Virus record (IMG/VR): IMGVR_UViG_3300042321_002898
Location: 1 to 52,400 of that record
Source of the DNA: a virus
Lineage: Duplodnaviria; Caudoviricetes
Reading direction: 5' to 3' (one strand)
Length of the DNA: 52,400 nucleotides
The notes beneath the pieces are model-generated. The model was not told the DNA's origin. It saw only the letters and a program-made list of their open reading frames with translations, and made no database searches. A program made the translations under genes and the position numbers. Below are positions 43,401 to 51,777 of this stretch, piece by piece. Every line of letters starts with the position of its first letter. The first letter of the stretch is position 1.

Positions 43401-46400
43401 CGTCACTGCCCCGTCCCAGATTTCGGTGGATTCCCTCGGCCGCGTTGGCAATGTTCTCATACGGGTTCTCTCGACGGACGCCGCTTGATGACTTGCGATA
43501 ATAACTGCCAACGAGATCCTTGAGCACCTCAATGAACTGATCGGGATCAAGGGCCACGTCCTTGAAGTTCTCTGGCAGCTGTGCCTTGACGCTCTCTTCA
43601 AGATCCTGGGTGAGAGGCGCGTCGGCTCGCATGTCGGCAAACCAGGCGTCGGCCAGTTTTCCCATGGTGCCACTGACGAGCCCGCGCAGTTCACGGGGAT
43701 TTCCCACGTTGGCCTTGAAGTCGAGCATCTTGGCGATCCAGCCGTATCCCTCGGCTCCCATGTAGTATTTCTTGAGCTTGTTGAAGACCGTGTTGGTGTT
43801 GTGCTGCAGGTCGTAGGCACGGTCGATCTCCTGGAACATGGCGCTGTAGGCACCCGGGTCGCGAAACTCGTTGGTCTCAATGACCTGCATGCGGCCGGTC
43901 TCTGGATCGGTCGCGACGGCGCGGACTCGCTCGGTGGAATATGTCGGATCTGACATCTGGGCGAGATGGGCCGCGATGTCGCCCCATGGGTTTCCGCCGT
44001 AGCTCGACGACCAGTCGCCGCGACGATACAGCTGCTCGGCAAAGCGCGCCACGTCGGCGATGCCCATGCCCAGTTTCTTGCGGGCATTCTCCATCGCGAC
44101 AAAAGAAGCCTTATAGCCCTCGCTCTCTCCCTTGTAGCGGCGTGGCCCCTTTTCTTTCTTGAGATCTGGCATGCCCGCTCCCTGGATCGCATACTGGCGC
44201 ATGTATTCCTGATAGAATTCAGACTCGGCCAGGTCGGTCGGCTGTCTGCGCGGAATGGCATGGCGAAGTTCGGCCGCGATCGCAAAATGCAGTGCCTTCT
44301 GGATCTTGCTGTGGAGAGACGGGATGAGCGTCTGCTTGGCCTCATCGAGGGCGTCCTGGTATTTCTCGGCGCGGACTCCGGCATAGCGCCCGGTCGGGTC
44401 TGCCGAGGGAGCATACATGGTGGCCTCGCCACCGAACTTGCCCATGCTCCATCCAGTCGGCGGCGTCGTGATCATGGCGTTGAGCATGTAGAAGTCGGCC
44501 ATGGTCTTCTTGGGATCGTCGGGAAGCGACGTGTAGCGGATGCCGGGAAGGAACCGAGGCATGGCGCCGCCGACAATGTCGTTTTCCACCTCGAGGTCCT
44601 GCGACTGGTCGAGACGGAGCGCGCCATCGGGTCTCTCTGGGAAGAAATTGATTTTCATCCTGCCGTAGTCGATCGGCATCTTGGCGGCGTTGCTGATCTG
44701 CATCTGGTTGATGCGGTCCATGCGCGCCGACATGATGATCCGGTCGGCAGACTCTTTTCCGCGCTGGGCCGGGAGCTTGGTTCTTGACGGATTGGAGGCC
44801 TCGGTCTCCTTTGAGAACATGTTGAAGAAGTCGTTGATGCGGTTCTTCTTTTGCATTGCGATGTCGGGGTCGATGTCGAGGTTGGTCTGCCCGGCGAGTC
44901 CGCGATTGTGATTGTCGAGCACCTTCATGACGTCGGCCCAGAACTTAGAGGTGCTGCGTCCCCAAAGATTGAGGTTCTCGGGCTTCTTCTGGGCCCACAG
45001 GTTCATTTTGTCAAACATGCGGCTGACCGATGCCGTGACGGCGAGCCAGTTGCCCTGCTTGGTGAATCGAAACCCAATCGGCACAACGTCGCGAATCTTT
45101 GGGGCGAGGGCCCGATATCTTCCCTTCTTGAGGGAGGGCTGGTATTCCATAAGGATGCGAGTCCCGTCACGACGCTGCAAGACCTCGCTGAACGCAATCA
45201 GATTTTTCTTGACATACGGGGTGACCAGCGTGTTGGGCAGCGCCATGATGGCCTCGACCTGGGACGGACTGAGCGTCCCGGTATAGTTGCCATTCTCGTC
45301 GCCCCTCATCCGGCCCTCGAAGCCGTCCTCTGGCGCGTTGTCGATCGCGTCCTTGATCATCTGGTCGCGCTGGCGAGCCCGCGCCTGGATCTCTTTGTTC
45401 TGGAGAATCTTGGGACTGCCGTCGGGGTTGCGGGCGATGCGGTTGTCAATGGACGCGCTCGATCCCTCCGGAAATGCCGAGAGATCAATGGCCGGGTCGA
45501 TCGGCGGGAGCACGTTGCCATTCTCGTCGACAAGCTGCCCGTTGACGAGGCGGTATTCCCCGATCGCGGCCGAGTTGGCCACGGGGCTGTCCGGTATCAC
45601 GATCTGTGACAGCGCGTTTCCGTCCTTGTCGCGAATGTCGAGCACCGTTTCCTTGTCCCAGATGACGTCATCCTTGTAGACCTCCTGCAGGGCCCGGTTG
45701 GTCATGAGCTCGGTGAGGCTGATCTCGATGTCATCCTGCAGCGAGTCGCCCACAAACGTCATCGTGTCGGTATATTCAAGAAGCTGCCGCTTGTATTGAC
45801 GCATCATTGCAAGAACTTCAGGAATCGCGACGTTGCTTCCAAAGATTACTGAGCGGACATCGCCCTGCGAGTCAAGCTCGACTCCGACGGCCTCCAGGGC
45901 CTGGCGAAGTCGCCCGAGCATCGAGTTCTGGTTCGCGACCAGCAGCCGGTCGACGACGGCCTGTCCGGGCGAATCCAGGCCCTCGCGCATCGTCTGGTAG
46001 CCACCCTCCGAGATCGCCGCAATTTCTGACATGATTTCTTCACGAATGTATTCGCGCATCTTGTCAGTGTCTGGAAATCCTCTCTTGAATCCTTCCACTC
46101 CACCGACTGTCCGACTGCCATACAGCGGCACAAACACGGAATCGAGCACTTCATCGGTGATCACTCCAGGTGTCACGGGCATCTTGCGGACAGTCCCGTC
46201 GGGCATGAACTGATCGGCATATCTTCCAAATAAAAACTGCCGTGCCGGCTGCTGCATGTCCTGAACTTCTTTGAACTTCGACAGCGCGTGGTTCATCTCG
46301 TGCGACAGGGCATGCCTCAGTCCCGCGGGATTGTTCATGACATAGCCCGCGTTGATCATGACCGTCGGAGACGTGACGTTGGCCGGCCTAAGGTGCGGCG

Positions 46401-48723
46401 GCGTTAGAGTTTCTCCCTCGCGCTCCGTTTCCGGCGCAAGCGCGACATGCGACTGAACGGCCTGTTCAAGTTCCTTGTTGAATTTTTCGATCGTGTTTCT
46501 GGCCCGATTCAGTGTCTCGGCTTCAGATCCGCCGAGTTGTTTTCCGTCGAGCTGACTCACGATGGCCTCGGCCCGCTCAAGAGTGGCTCCCCATTTTTCA
46601 CGAAGCCACGCCGACACCTGGTCGGTATCCACGATCTGAACCTCGATGTTGTTCAGCCCCGCAGAGGCACCTGTCGCCCGGGCCTGATCGAGAACATCGA
46701 TCATGATCAGCTCCACGGCGCGCCGGCGCTCATCGCGCTGCTCCTGGGTCATGTTCTTGGCAGTCTCCTGAAGAGCGGCAAGCTCGTCGGCCCTCTGCGT
46801 GATCTCCATGTCCAGGTCTGTCGTGTCCTGCTCGGCATAGTCGGCCTCGGCCTTGCGCTGAAAAAGCGCGTCAAGTTCCCTCGCGCGCGACTCGATCTGC
46901 ACGTCCGGGTCGGCCATTCTTTCGGCCTGGCGAATCAGCTTCGGATCAGTGGTCACGCGGTAGCGCTTGCGATCGGCGTCCTCGTCCAGCCTGCGATCGA
47001 GCGGGTCGATCTCGGTGACTCTGTTGATTCGGGTGCGAAGATCTGTCGTCGGATCAAGGGCTGCCCCGATGCGCTCGGGCACGCGACCGGCCATGTAGGA
47101 GCCGATGCCAAAGCCCACGCCGGTGGAGCGGCCAAATTCTTCTGCGGTCTCGATGTCGGCCGCCCCAATGATCCCGTTGAGCGCGGCTCCCGAGACACCC
47201 GACTTGGTGAGACTGTTCGCGAGACGCAGACCATAGTCGGCGGTGCGGGCCCGCATGACCCCGCCGCGTCCGGGCTTGATCTCGGGTTTGCCCTCGGCGA
47301 CGCGCTGCTTGTTCTTGCGCTCCATCTTCTCGAGTCGCTTCTGGGCGCCGGGTCCAAAGAGGTCGCGGATCCAGTCGGCCGAGGCGGGGTCTCTTCCGAG
47401 GCGCTCGACGATGCCGGTCCGTCCGCGAATCCCGCCCTCGTCGATCTGGCGGCCGACATCGCGAAGCGTGCGGCCGACTCCCTCGACCAGCTGACCGGGT
47501 CTCTTTGTGAATGCCGAGACGATCGTGCCAGGTGCCGCCAGGAAGGTGTCGGGGCGTCCCGTGATCGCCTGACTGACTCCGGCTCCGACCTTCTCGGCTC
47601 CCTCGCCGACTTTTCGGATTCCGATGCCGACTCCCTCGAGAGGGTTGACGCCTCGGATCGTGGGTCTGGTCACTCCGCGAACTGCGAGTCCGCCCGCGGC
47701 CTCCATGGTTCCGCCAAGGGCACTCGTGACGGGCTTCACCAGTCTGGCCGGAAGACCGACCGGAGACAGGACCTCGCCGAGCATCGAGATGTCCTCGTCT
47801 GGTCGAAATTTTGCTTCAGCGAGAAGAGATTCTTCATAGCCCCTGAGAGCCGCCTGTTTTTCTTCTGGCGTCGTGAATCCAGGTCCCGGAATTGTTCGAG
47901 GCATCCATGGCGAGGAGGGGCGGTATGGCAACTCGATGGGATTGGACATGGCGGCCGCTCCCTCGATCACGGTCCCGGCGAGCGGGTTTCTGGCCAGCAG
48001 GGTCGCGGCGCGATCAGGATTCTCCTGGATGTCCTCGGCCTCGCCGCGGCGCATGTCCTCGCGTGCGAGATAGTTGTTGAAAGATTGTTCTGGCGTGACG
48101 AGCCCGAGCTTCTCGGCGGCGCGGTCGGTGATGCTGGTCCCGAACATTGCGGCCCTCGTTGCGGCGTTGGCCGTTTCTTCCATGTCCTGCGCGACCCCGG
48201 AGGCCAGCGAGCGAACGGCCCGGTTTGCGCCGCCATACGTCTGTGACAGGGCCCGCTCATACTCGTCCGATCCGGGTTCATACTGCAGCCCGGCAAGCAC
48301 GGTCTGACCGATGGGCTTGAGAGCTCCCTCATAGGCAAATTTGCCTGTTCCCCTGACGAGCTGCCCGACGGTTTCCGGGACGGCCTGAATGAAGGCACCC
48401 GCGGCCCCAAGTGCAACATCGGTCAGTGGCCTCGCCCGCTCTGCCTCGAAGGCGATGCGCTGTTGATCGGTCGTGAGACGCTGTCCCTCGGTCCGCATGC
48501 GGCGAACCGTCTCTGGATCTGTCTCGGTCTCGCGCATGACCTGCGCGAGCGTCTCCTCGGGGGTCGGCTCCTTTGAGACCTCCTCGGTGACCTCGTCAAG
48601 AATCGATGCGGGCTTCTTCTTGCGGCGACGCCCGACGGCGCCGCGCGAGACTCCGCCGACCACGCCAGATTTTGGCCTGGTCTCAGACGTGACCTCGTCG
48701 GTGACTTCCTTGAGAACGGCCAT
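40402..48723 (-). CDS. Giant internal virion / polyvalent protein (2773 aa) with zincin HExxH and C-terminal ADP-ribosyltransferase-like motifs
   Basis: Uninterrupted ORF; ALSHEMNHAL at about 46288-46302; LYRG...SFT...GEGEVFV near the C-terminus; follows ejection-type genes. Confidence 0.75.
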   Translation of the reverse strand: MAVLKEVTDEVTSETRPKSGVVGGVSRGAVGRRRKKKPASILDEVTEEVSKEPTPEETLAQVMRETETDPETVRRMRTEGQRLTTDQQRIAFEAERARPLTDVALGAAGAFIQAVPETVGQLVRGTGKFAYEGALKPIGQTVLAGLQYEPGSDEYERALSQTYGGANRAVRSLASGVAQDMEETANAATRAAMFGTSITDRAAEKLGLVTPEQSFNNYLAREDMRRGEAEDIQENPDRAATLLARNPLAGTVIEGAAAMSNPIELPYRPSSPWMPRTIPGPGFTTPEEKQAALRGYEESLLAEAKFRPDEDISMLGEVLSPVGLPARLVKPVTSALGGTMEAAGGLAVRGVTRPTIRGVNPLEGVGIGIRKVGEGAEKVGAGVSQAITGRPDTFLAAPGTIVSAFTKRPGQLVEGVGRTLRDVGRQIDEGGIRGRTGIVERLGRDPASADWIRDLFGPGAQKRLEKMERKNKQRVAEGKPEIKPGRGGVMRARTADYGLRLANSLTKSGVSGAALNGIIGAADIETAEEFGRSTGVGFGIGSYMAGRVPERIGAALDPTTDLRTRINRVTEIDPLDRRLDEDADRKRYRVTTDPKLIRQAERMADPDVQIESRARELDALFQRKAEADYAEQDTTDLDMEITQRADELAALQETAKNMTQEQRDERRRAVELIMIDVLDQARATGASAGLNNIEVQIVDTDQVSAWLREKWGATLERAEAIVSQLDGKQLGGSEAETLNRARNTIEKFNKELEQAVQSHVALAPETEREGETLTPPHLRPANVTSPTVMINAGYVMNNPAGLRHALSHEMNHALSKFKEVQDMQQPARQFLFGRYADQFMPDGTVRKMPVTPGVITDEVLDSVFVPLYGSRTVGGVEGFKRGFPDTDKMREYIREEIMSEIAAISEGGYQTMREGLDSPGQAVVDRLLVANQNSMLGRLRQALEAVGVELDSQGDVRSVIFGSNVAIPEVLAMMRQYKRQLLEYTDTMTFVGDSLQDDIEISLTELMTNRALQEVYKDDVIWDKETVLDIRDKDGNALSQIVIPDSPVANSAAIGEYRLVNGQLVDENGNVLPPIDPAIDLSAFPEGSSASIDNRIARNPDGSPKILQNKEIQARARQRDQMIKDAIDNAPEDGFEGRMRGDENGNYTGTLSPSQVEAIMALPNTLVTPYVKKNLIAFSEVLQRRDGTRILMEYQPSLKKGRYRALAPKIRDVVPIGFRFTKQGNWLAVTASVSRMFDKMNLWAQKKPENLNLWGRSTSKFWADVMKVLDNHNRGLAGQTNLDIDPDIAMQKKNRINDFFNMFSKETEASNPSRTKLPAQRGKESADRIIMSARMDRINQMQISNAAKMPIDYGRMKINFFPERPDGALRLDQSQDLEVENDIVGGAMPRFLPGIRYTSLPDDPKKTMADFYMLNAMITTPPTGWSMGKFGGEATMYAPSADPTGRYAGVRAEKYQDALDEAKQTLIPSLHSKIQKALHFAIAAELRHAIPRRQPTDLAESEFYQEYMRQYAIQGAGMPDLKKEKGPRRYKGESEGYKASFVAMENARKKLGMGIADVARFAEQLYRRGDWSSSYGGNPWGDIAAHLAQMSDPTYSTERVRAVATDPETGRMQVIETNEFRDPGAYSAMFQEIDRAYDLQHNTNTVFNKLKKYYMGAEGYGWIAKMLDFKANVGNPRELRGLVSGTMGKLADAWFADMRADAPLTQDLEESVKAQLPENFKDVALDPDQFIEVLKDLVGSYYRKSSSGVRRENPYENIANAAEGIHRNLGRGSDAWKAIKKDQNAHIGLILQDHFGDIGIAQTDATKLFRMLLNEGKDPRVTGKKPSLSNVPNVEIKLPKPKPIADQNWFMGSTFKPKTNVSTPTNLNKFVETLMTAGFNGLKLGDVTVLNAGGSGKVATLKVYAGDSVSEGNLLTTAQIPGGKKRDAVDWLSDYAMMRAKQAGYGNVMDWMQQNLKTEMKPQMPAQSEGISNLLENLPWAARNRVNQLLENLQDQEWVDTNLVNLPPSDIDASAEFVESLLLGNSEGLAKAKIIDALSPNDVEALGKYLYDVGKWASDKLEKRKAADMVEEVEEEGLTLDSPAVGYAKADDTLMTVAEAAAMVGPFEEGEIGGTNHVYFTTNSGTAVTNPYEDEQGDPFVTEWAPGNKTAIMQYWADNGVLPSVSETALAIFDAANPSHPYLKPSENEADPVILADSDALMKFVDNLGVTLDDAQATKDGKWKSVVLTNGQGDEVKIVKQVAEDGMYQFIKDDKNFAIGPFAYVIREAAKFLNKPTAKNEKPLLTEQEDFTMQAAAQLMDPDIEVVEVGGKKFAKGVTEVGSVAITGYDKDGNVFGIIPIQGSQNMEPMDLEAAIYEALSTLGATSAPTAPGTKTKPITTAMINEAAEALMNDETTSLGKYTFEPIASGLGGTRVNIYVEPGMEDSVGYFMLDPGEYREPSDMLDAFYDKISEFLENNPDSEEGTGGTGPGAKFMPADTSRLIDIEGVRPFKIPRPVKIGKNRWRVGDVVTSKEPDADAAAMIAGLQRLAMHSKGVDSRKALSSVFVTLKDNPYFKRLLAMSQENLQERGMDELYRGVGLDEKRSQLTRQAKSFTQFYDMADMVAYANAESRRGLEPEVLRISPVGKFPVIEDGAIDDIAEELGINRSEQPHMPGKHMEGAFGEGEVFVAPSSARPNARFMPGSSQDDQSLAGVTGPDTDQGPLSGARFMPGYNPRYTDDDGNFDFSLYSEDKRKTIAYLRDRMGITRKDFSTEDEWKQTIRETMRDVIRGG

Positions 48724-48726
48724 GGG

Positions 48727-50139
48727 TCATTGTCCTCTCTGGCGACGAACCAGCTCCTTGAGCCGTTCTCTCCCGGCGCGATATTCCTCAGAATTCCTGT
48801 CGGGCATGTCATCGAGCTGCTCGGCGAGACTGTTGATCTCGGCAGTCAGATCGAACTGTGACGTGCCGGCTCCCATCGAGGCAAGCTTGCCGCCCCACAT
48901 CTTGATCAGCTCCTTGCGCGCCTTGCTGATGTCCTGCAGATTGCGCTTGAAGATCGGCCAGCTGAGAGACGGGTTGATCGAGCCCTCGGCGGCAGCCAGG
49001 AGGGCAAGTTCTCGGTCAGAGATCGCGCCCAGGGCGCCACCCGTCTTGCTGTTGCGCCGCATGTCGGCCAGCGTCTTGAAGGCCACGTCTGCCTCGATGT
49101 TCTTGATGAGGGCTCGGACGTCACTCGCTCCGGTGGTGACGGGCAGCGTGGCAATCCAGTCAGAAAATTTTCCAGTCGCCGGGAGTCTGGCTCCCTGCGC
49201 CGTGTCGACGATCGTGTCGATGTCTCGCACGACGCGGTTGGCCTGCTCGATGCTCGACTGCATCGTGCTGATCTCCTTCTCCTGGTCCGCGTCGGCCGTG
49301 CTCGGCTCGTAGGTGGTCGAGACCTCTCCCTTGGCGTTGACGGTCACGCCCTTGAGACGGAGTTCATCCTTGAGTTCCTCGGGAAGTCCAGAGGCCGTGG
49401 TCTCGGTCCGTCCGCCGGCTCCCTTGTCGATCGTCGTGGCGCCGGTGGCCCGATTGATGATCATGCGACCCCCGCCAGATTCCTCAGGAATCGGGACCAC
49501 AAGAAGCATTCCTCCTGGACCGGCCGTCGTGTAGCCCTCTGGGGCGGCGCCGGGCGCGGGTTCCTCGCCGGGAGGACGGGCTCCCTGAAGAGGCGGGAGC
49601 GGAACGTCGCCCGACGGGAGTCCTGGCTCGACGTTCTCGGGCGCATTCGGGTCGAATGGCTCAAGAGGCAGATCCTCGGGTCTCAGACCAAGATTTGGGT
49701 CAGGAATGTCGCCGAGTGGCGATGGGCCCTTTTCACCGAGAAACTCGGCATAGGGATCCTCAAGTTTGCGAATCTGCTCGATGTTCTGCAGACGCTGCCC
49801 GAGCAGGCGCTCGCGGTCGAGCGGGCTGAGAATGTTGCCAAGAACGTTGCGCTCGCGGGCAATCTCAAGAGCACGCTGATGAGCGAGCTCGTCTTCCTCG
49901 CGCTTCTGTTTTCGTTCAAGAAGCCCGATTCCGGCTCCGAGCACACTCTCGAGGGCCACGTTGACCCCGGAGAGAAGACTGGCTGTCGCCTGGCGTGATC
50001 CCTCGGTGATGGCATTGATCCCGAGATCTCCCGGGGCAAGCGACGCGCCAGACACAAACGACAATGGTGTCGGGGTGGCGGGCTGAAATTGTGCCCCTCC
50101 TCCCCGTGCCACCGTGAAGCCGCCGGTCTGGATTGCCAT
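48727..50139 (-). CDS. DNA ejection / internal virion protein
   Basis: Likely start MAIQTGG; C-terminal TGGALGAISDRELALL resembles podoviral DNA-transfer proteins. Confidence 0.6.
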   Translation of the reverse strand: MAIQTGGFTVARGGGAQFQPATPTPLSFVSGASLAPGDLGINAITEGSRQATASLLSGVNVALESVLGAGIGLLERKQKREEDELAHQRALEIARERNVLGNILSPLDRERLLGQRLQNIEQIRKLEDPYAEFLGEKGPSPLGDIPDPNLGLRPEDLPLEPFDPNAPENVEPGLPSGDVPLPPLQGARPPGEEPAPGAAPEGYTTAGPGGMLLVVPIPEESGGGRMIINRATGATTIDKGAGGRTETTASGLPEELKDELRLKGVTVNAKGEVSTTYEPSTADADQEKEISTMQSSIEQANRVVRDIDTIVDTAQGARLPATGKFSDWIATLPVTTGASDVRALIKNIEADVAFKTLADMRRNSKTGGALGAISDRELALLAAAEGSINPSLSWPIFKRNLQDISKARKELIKMWGGKLASMGAGTSQFDLTAEINSLAEQLDDMPDRNSEEYRAGRERLKELVRRQRGQ

Positions 50140-50158
50140 TTGTCGGAGATTTCTCTTA

Positions 50159-50716
50159 TCAGGCTGAACCGTAAAGTGCGCGCAGCCAATCGAGACCGGA
50201 TCCACCGCCGAGATTCACGTTGCCGGGTGCGGCCATCATGTTTCCATATTCGGGTGCCACGGGACTGATCGTTGGTGGAGAATACACGGAGGCCGATCTC
50301 CTGGATCTCGAACCTGGGACTGGCGAGAGACCCGGAGCCGCGCCGGCTGACGAGCCGGGCGTGATGGGCGAGATTCCCCCCACGGCCTGCGCGGCGGCAG
50401 CCTGCTGCATTTTTTCATAATTCGTGAGCGCGGCCTGGTCGGCCGTGCGCTGTCTCACGTTATGCTCTTCCTGCGTCCGGCGAGCTTCTTCCTCACGCTG
50501 TCTTTGTTCCTCCGCATTTCGGGCATTTTCTGCTTCCAGACGCATCTGATTGATTATGTTTTCGTTTGCGGCACGCTCTGCCGCAAAGATCGCGGCCCAG
50601 TCTGTCTGTGGCGCGGCGGGTGCAGGCGCCGCTCCGCCCCCGCCCTTGCTCGGCGGCTTTAGAGATCTTGCCGCTCCTTTAATGTCTCCCTTCAAAACCG
50701 ATTTGACGAATCCCAT
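50159..50716 (-). CDS. Putative internal virion protein (coiled coil, low complexity)
   Basis: 185 aa; AAGGA RBS. Confidence 0.55.
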   Translation of the reverse strand: MGFVKSVLKGDIKGAARSLKPPSKGGGGAAPAPAAPQTDWAAIFAAERAANENIINQMRLEAENARNAEEQRQREEEARRTQEEHNVRQRTADQAALTNYEKMQQAAAAQAVGGISPITPGSSAGAAPGLSPVPGSRSRRSASVYSPPTISPVAPEYGNMMAAPGNVNLGGGSGLDWLRALYGSA

Positions 50717-50738
50717 GGTATGTGTTCCTTTCTTTTTG

Positions 50739-51023
50739 TTACAGCGCCAGCGCGCCCGCTCTCATTGAGCTATTCATATTGTCGGCCATTCCCGGTTGTG
50801 CCTGTTGTGCCTGTTGTGCCTGTTGTGCCTGTTGTGCCGGCGGTCTCGCGGATCCAAAAAAGTTTTCCACGGGAGGCCGAGCCGGCGGTCTGCCGGCACT
50901 CTCGCCGTTTCCGCTCATGCTAAATACGCCGCCCAGTCTGGGCCGCGATCTGTCTGCGCCGCCGCCAATTGGCAATATGCCAGGCTGAATTATTCCTCTC
51001 CCAAGTCTGCTTGCTCCGCCCAT
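50739..51023 (-). CDS. Small MGGA-starting protein with (AQQ)n repeat
   Basis: 94 aa; GGAG RBS. Confidence 0.55.
   Translation of the reverse strand: MGGASRLGRGIIQPGILPIGGGADRSRPRLGGVFSMSGNGESAGRPPARPPVENFFGSARPPAQQAQQAQQAQQAQPGMADNMNSSMRAGALAL
50795..50838. repeat. 9-bp tandem repeat (GTTGTGCCT) x about 4.9
   Basis: Directly visible; encodes AQQ repeats on the minus strand. Confidence 0.95.
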
Positions 51024-51056
51024 GGTTTTATTCTCCCTATAGTGTTTGGTTGTTTG

Positions 51057-51443
51057 TCAGATGGAATATCCTCCCTGGGATGTCCCAAAAATTGCAGAAC
51101 CCTGTCTTGCTCCCGAAAACTTGGGAAAATTTCCGGCCGGCCCGGTGAATGAAAACGGAGCAGCTGGGCTATAGAACGCTGAAGAATCCACCGAAAAATC
51201 TGGAATCTGCTGTCCGGCAATTGATTTGGCAATCTGGCCGGAGGCGTCTCTGACGGCGCCGCCAAAAAATCGCGCGATCTGAGAATAATCTGGTGCCCCG
51301 CCGGTCGGCTGTGCCCGTGGCACCCATCCCATTCCAGAGATGTTGCTGCCGGTGATTCCGCCGATTGTGGAACGGGCCATTGAGGCCGGACTCGAGTATC
51401 CGCCAGATGCCGCGGCCGCCGGTGCTGAAGAGGCTCCTCCCAT
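51057..51443 (-). CDS. Small MGGA-starting Gly/Ser/Ala-rich protein
   Basis: 128 aa; GAGGTG RBS. Confidence 0.55.
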   Translation of the reverse strand: MGGASSAPAAAASGGYSSPASMARSTIGGITGSNISGMGWVPRAQPTGGAPDYSQIARFFGGAVRDASGQIAKSIAGQQIPDFSVDSSAFYSPAAPFSFTGPAGNFPKFSGARQGSAIFGTSQGGYSI

Positions 51444-51449
51444 GGTCTG

Positions 51450-51728
51450 TCACCTCACGCCCATCGGGGCGGATCGCATTGGAACTGTCGGAGGCGGAAC
51501 GACGCTCACGCTGGGGCTGGGTCCTCCGGTCGAACGAAACAGGGGCAGGCGCTGCAGTGCCATCATTTCCTGATCTGAGATCATGCCATACGGCTGCCGG
51601 AGGGCCGTCTGCGACATCTCGGTTGCGCCCTCGCTCATCGGATCCATGAGGGCATATTCTTCACGTGGAGGCAGAGGACGAGTGATCCTCTCCATCTTGG
51701 CCATTGTCTGTCTGTTAGCGCCTCCCAT
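51450..51728 (-). CDS. Small MGGA-starting protein
   Basis: 92 aa, Pro/Met-rich. Confidence 0.55.
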   Translation of the reverse strand: MGGANRQTMAKMERITRPLPPREEYALMDPMSEGATEMSQTALRQPYGMISDQEMMALQRLPLFRSTGGPSPSVSVVPPPTVPMRSAPMGVR

Positions 51729-51777
51729 GTCTCTAAGAATCTAATCCATTTCTGCCAGGACTCAGAATCAGAAAATT

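Noticed and set aside
46447-48246. Long antisense ORFs (599 aa here; also 459..1493, 24106..25362, 28704..29813, 30636..31763)
   Set aside because: They are shadows of real genes on the opposite strand, expected in high-GC DNA with biased codons, and show no recognisable motifs.
40402-48723. Virion RNA polymerase (N4-like) or tape-measure protein
   Set aside because: I could not find a convincing RNA polymerase catalytic motif set or tape-measure periodicity; a profile search is needed to fully exclude these.
50795-50838. CRISPR array or phase-variation repeat
   Set aside because: It is a 9-bp in-frame coding repeat (AQQ) with no spacers; copy-number change would not shift the frame.
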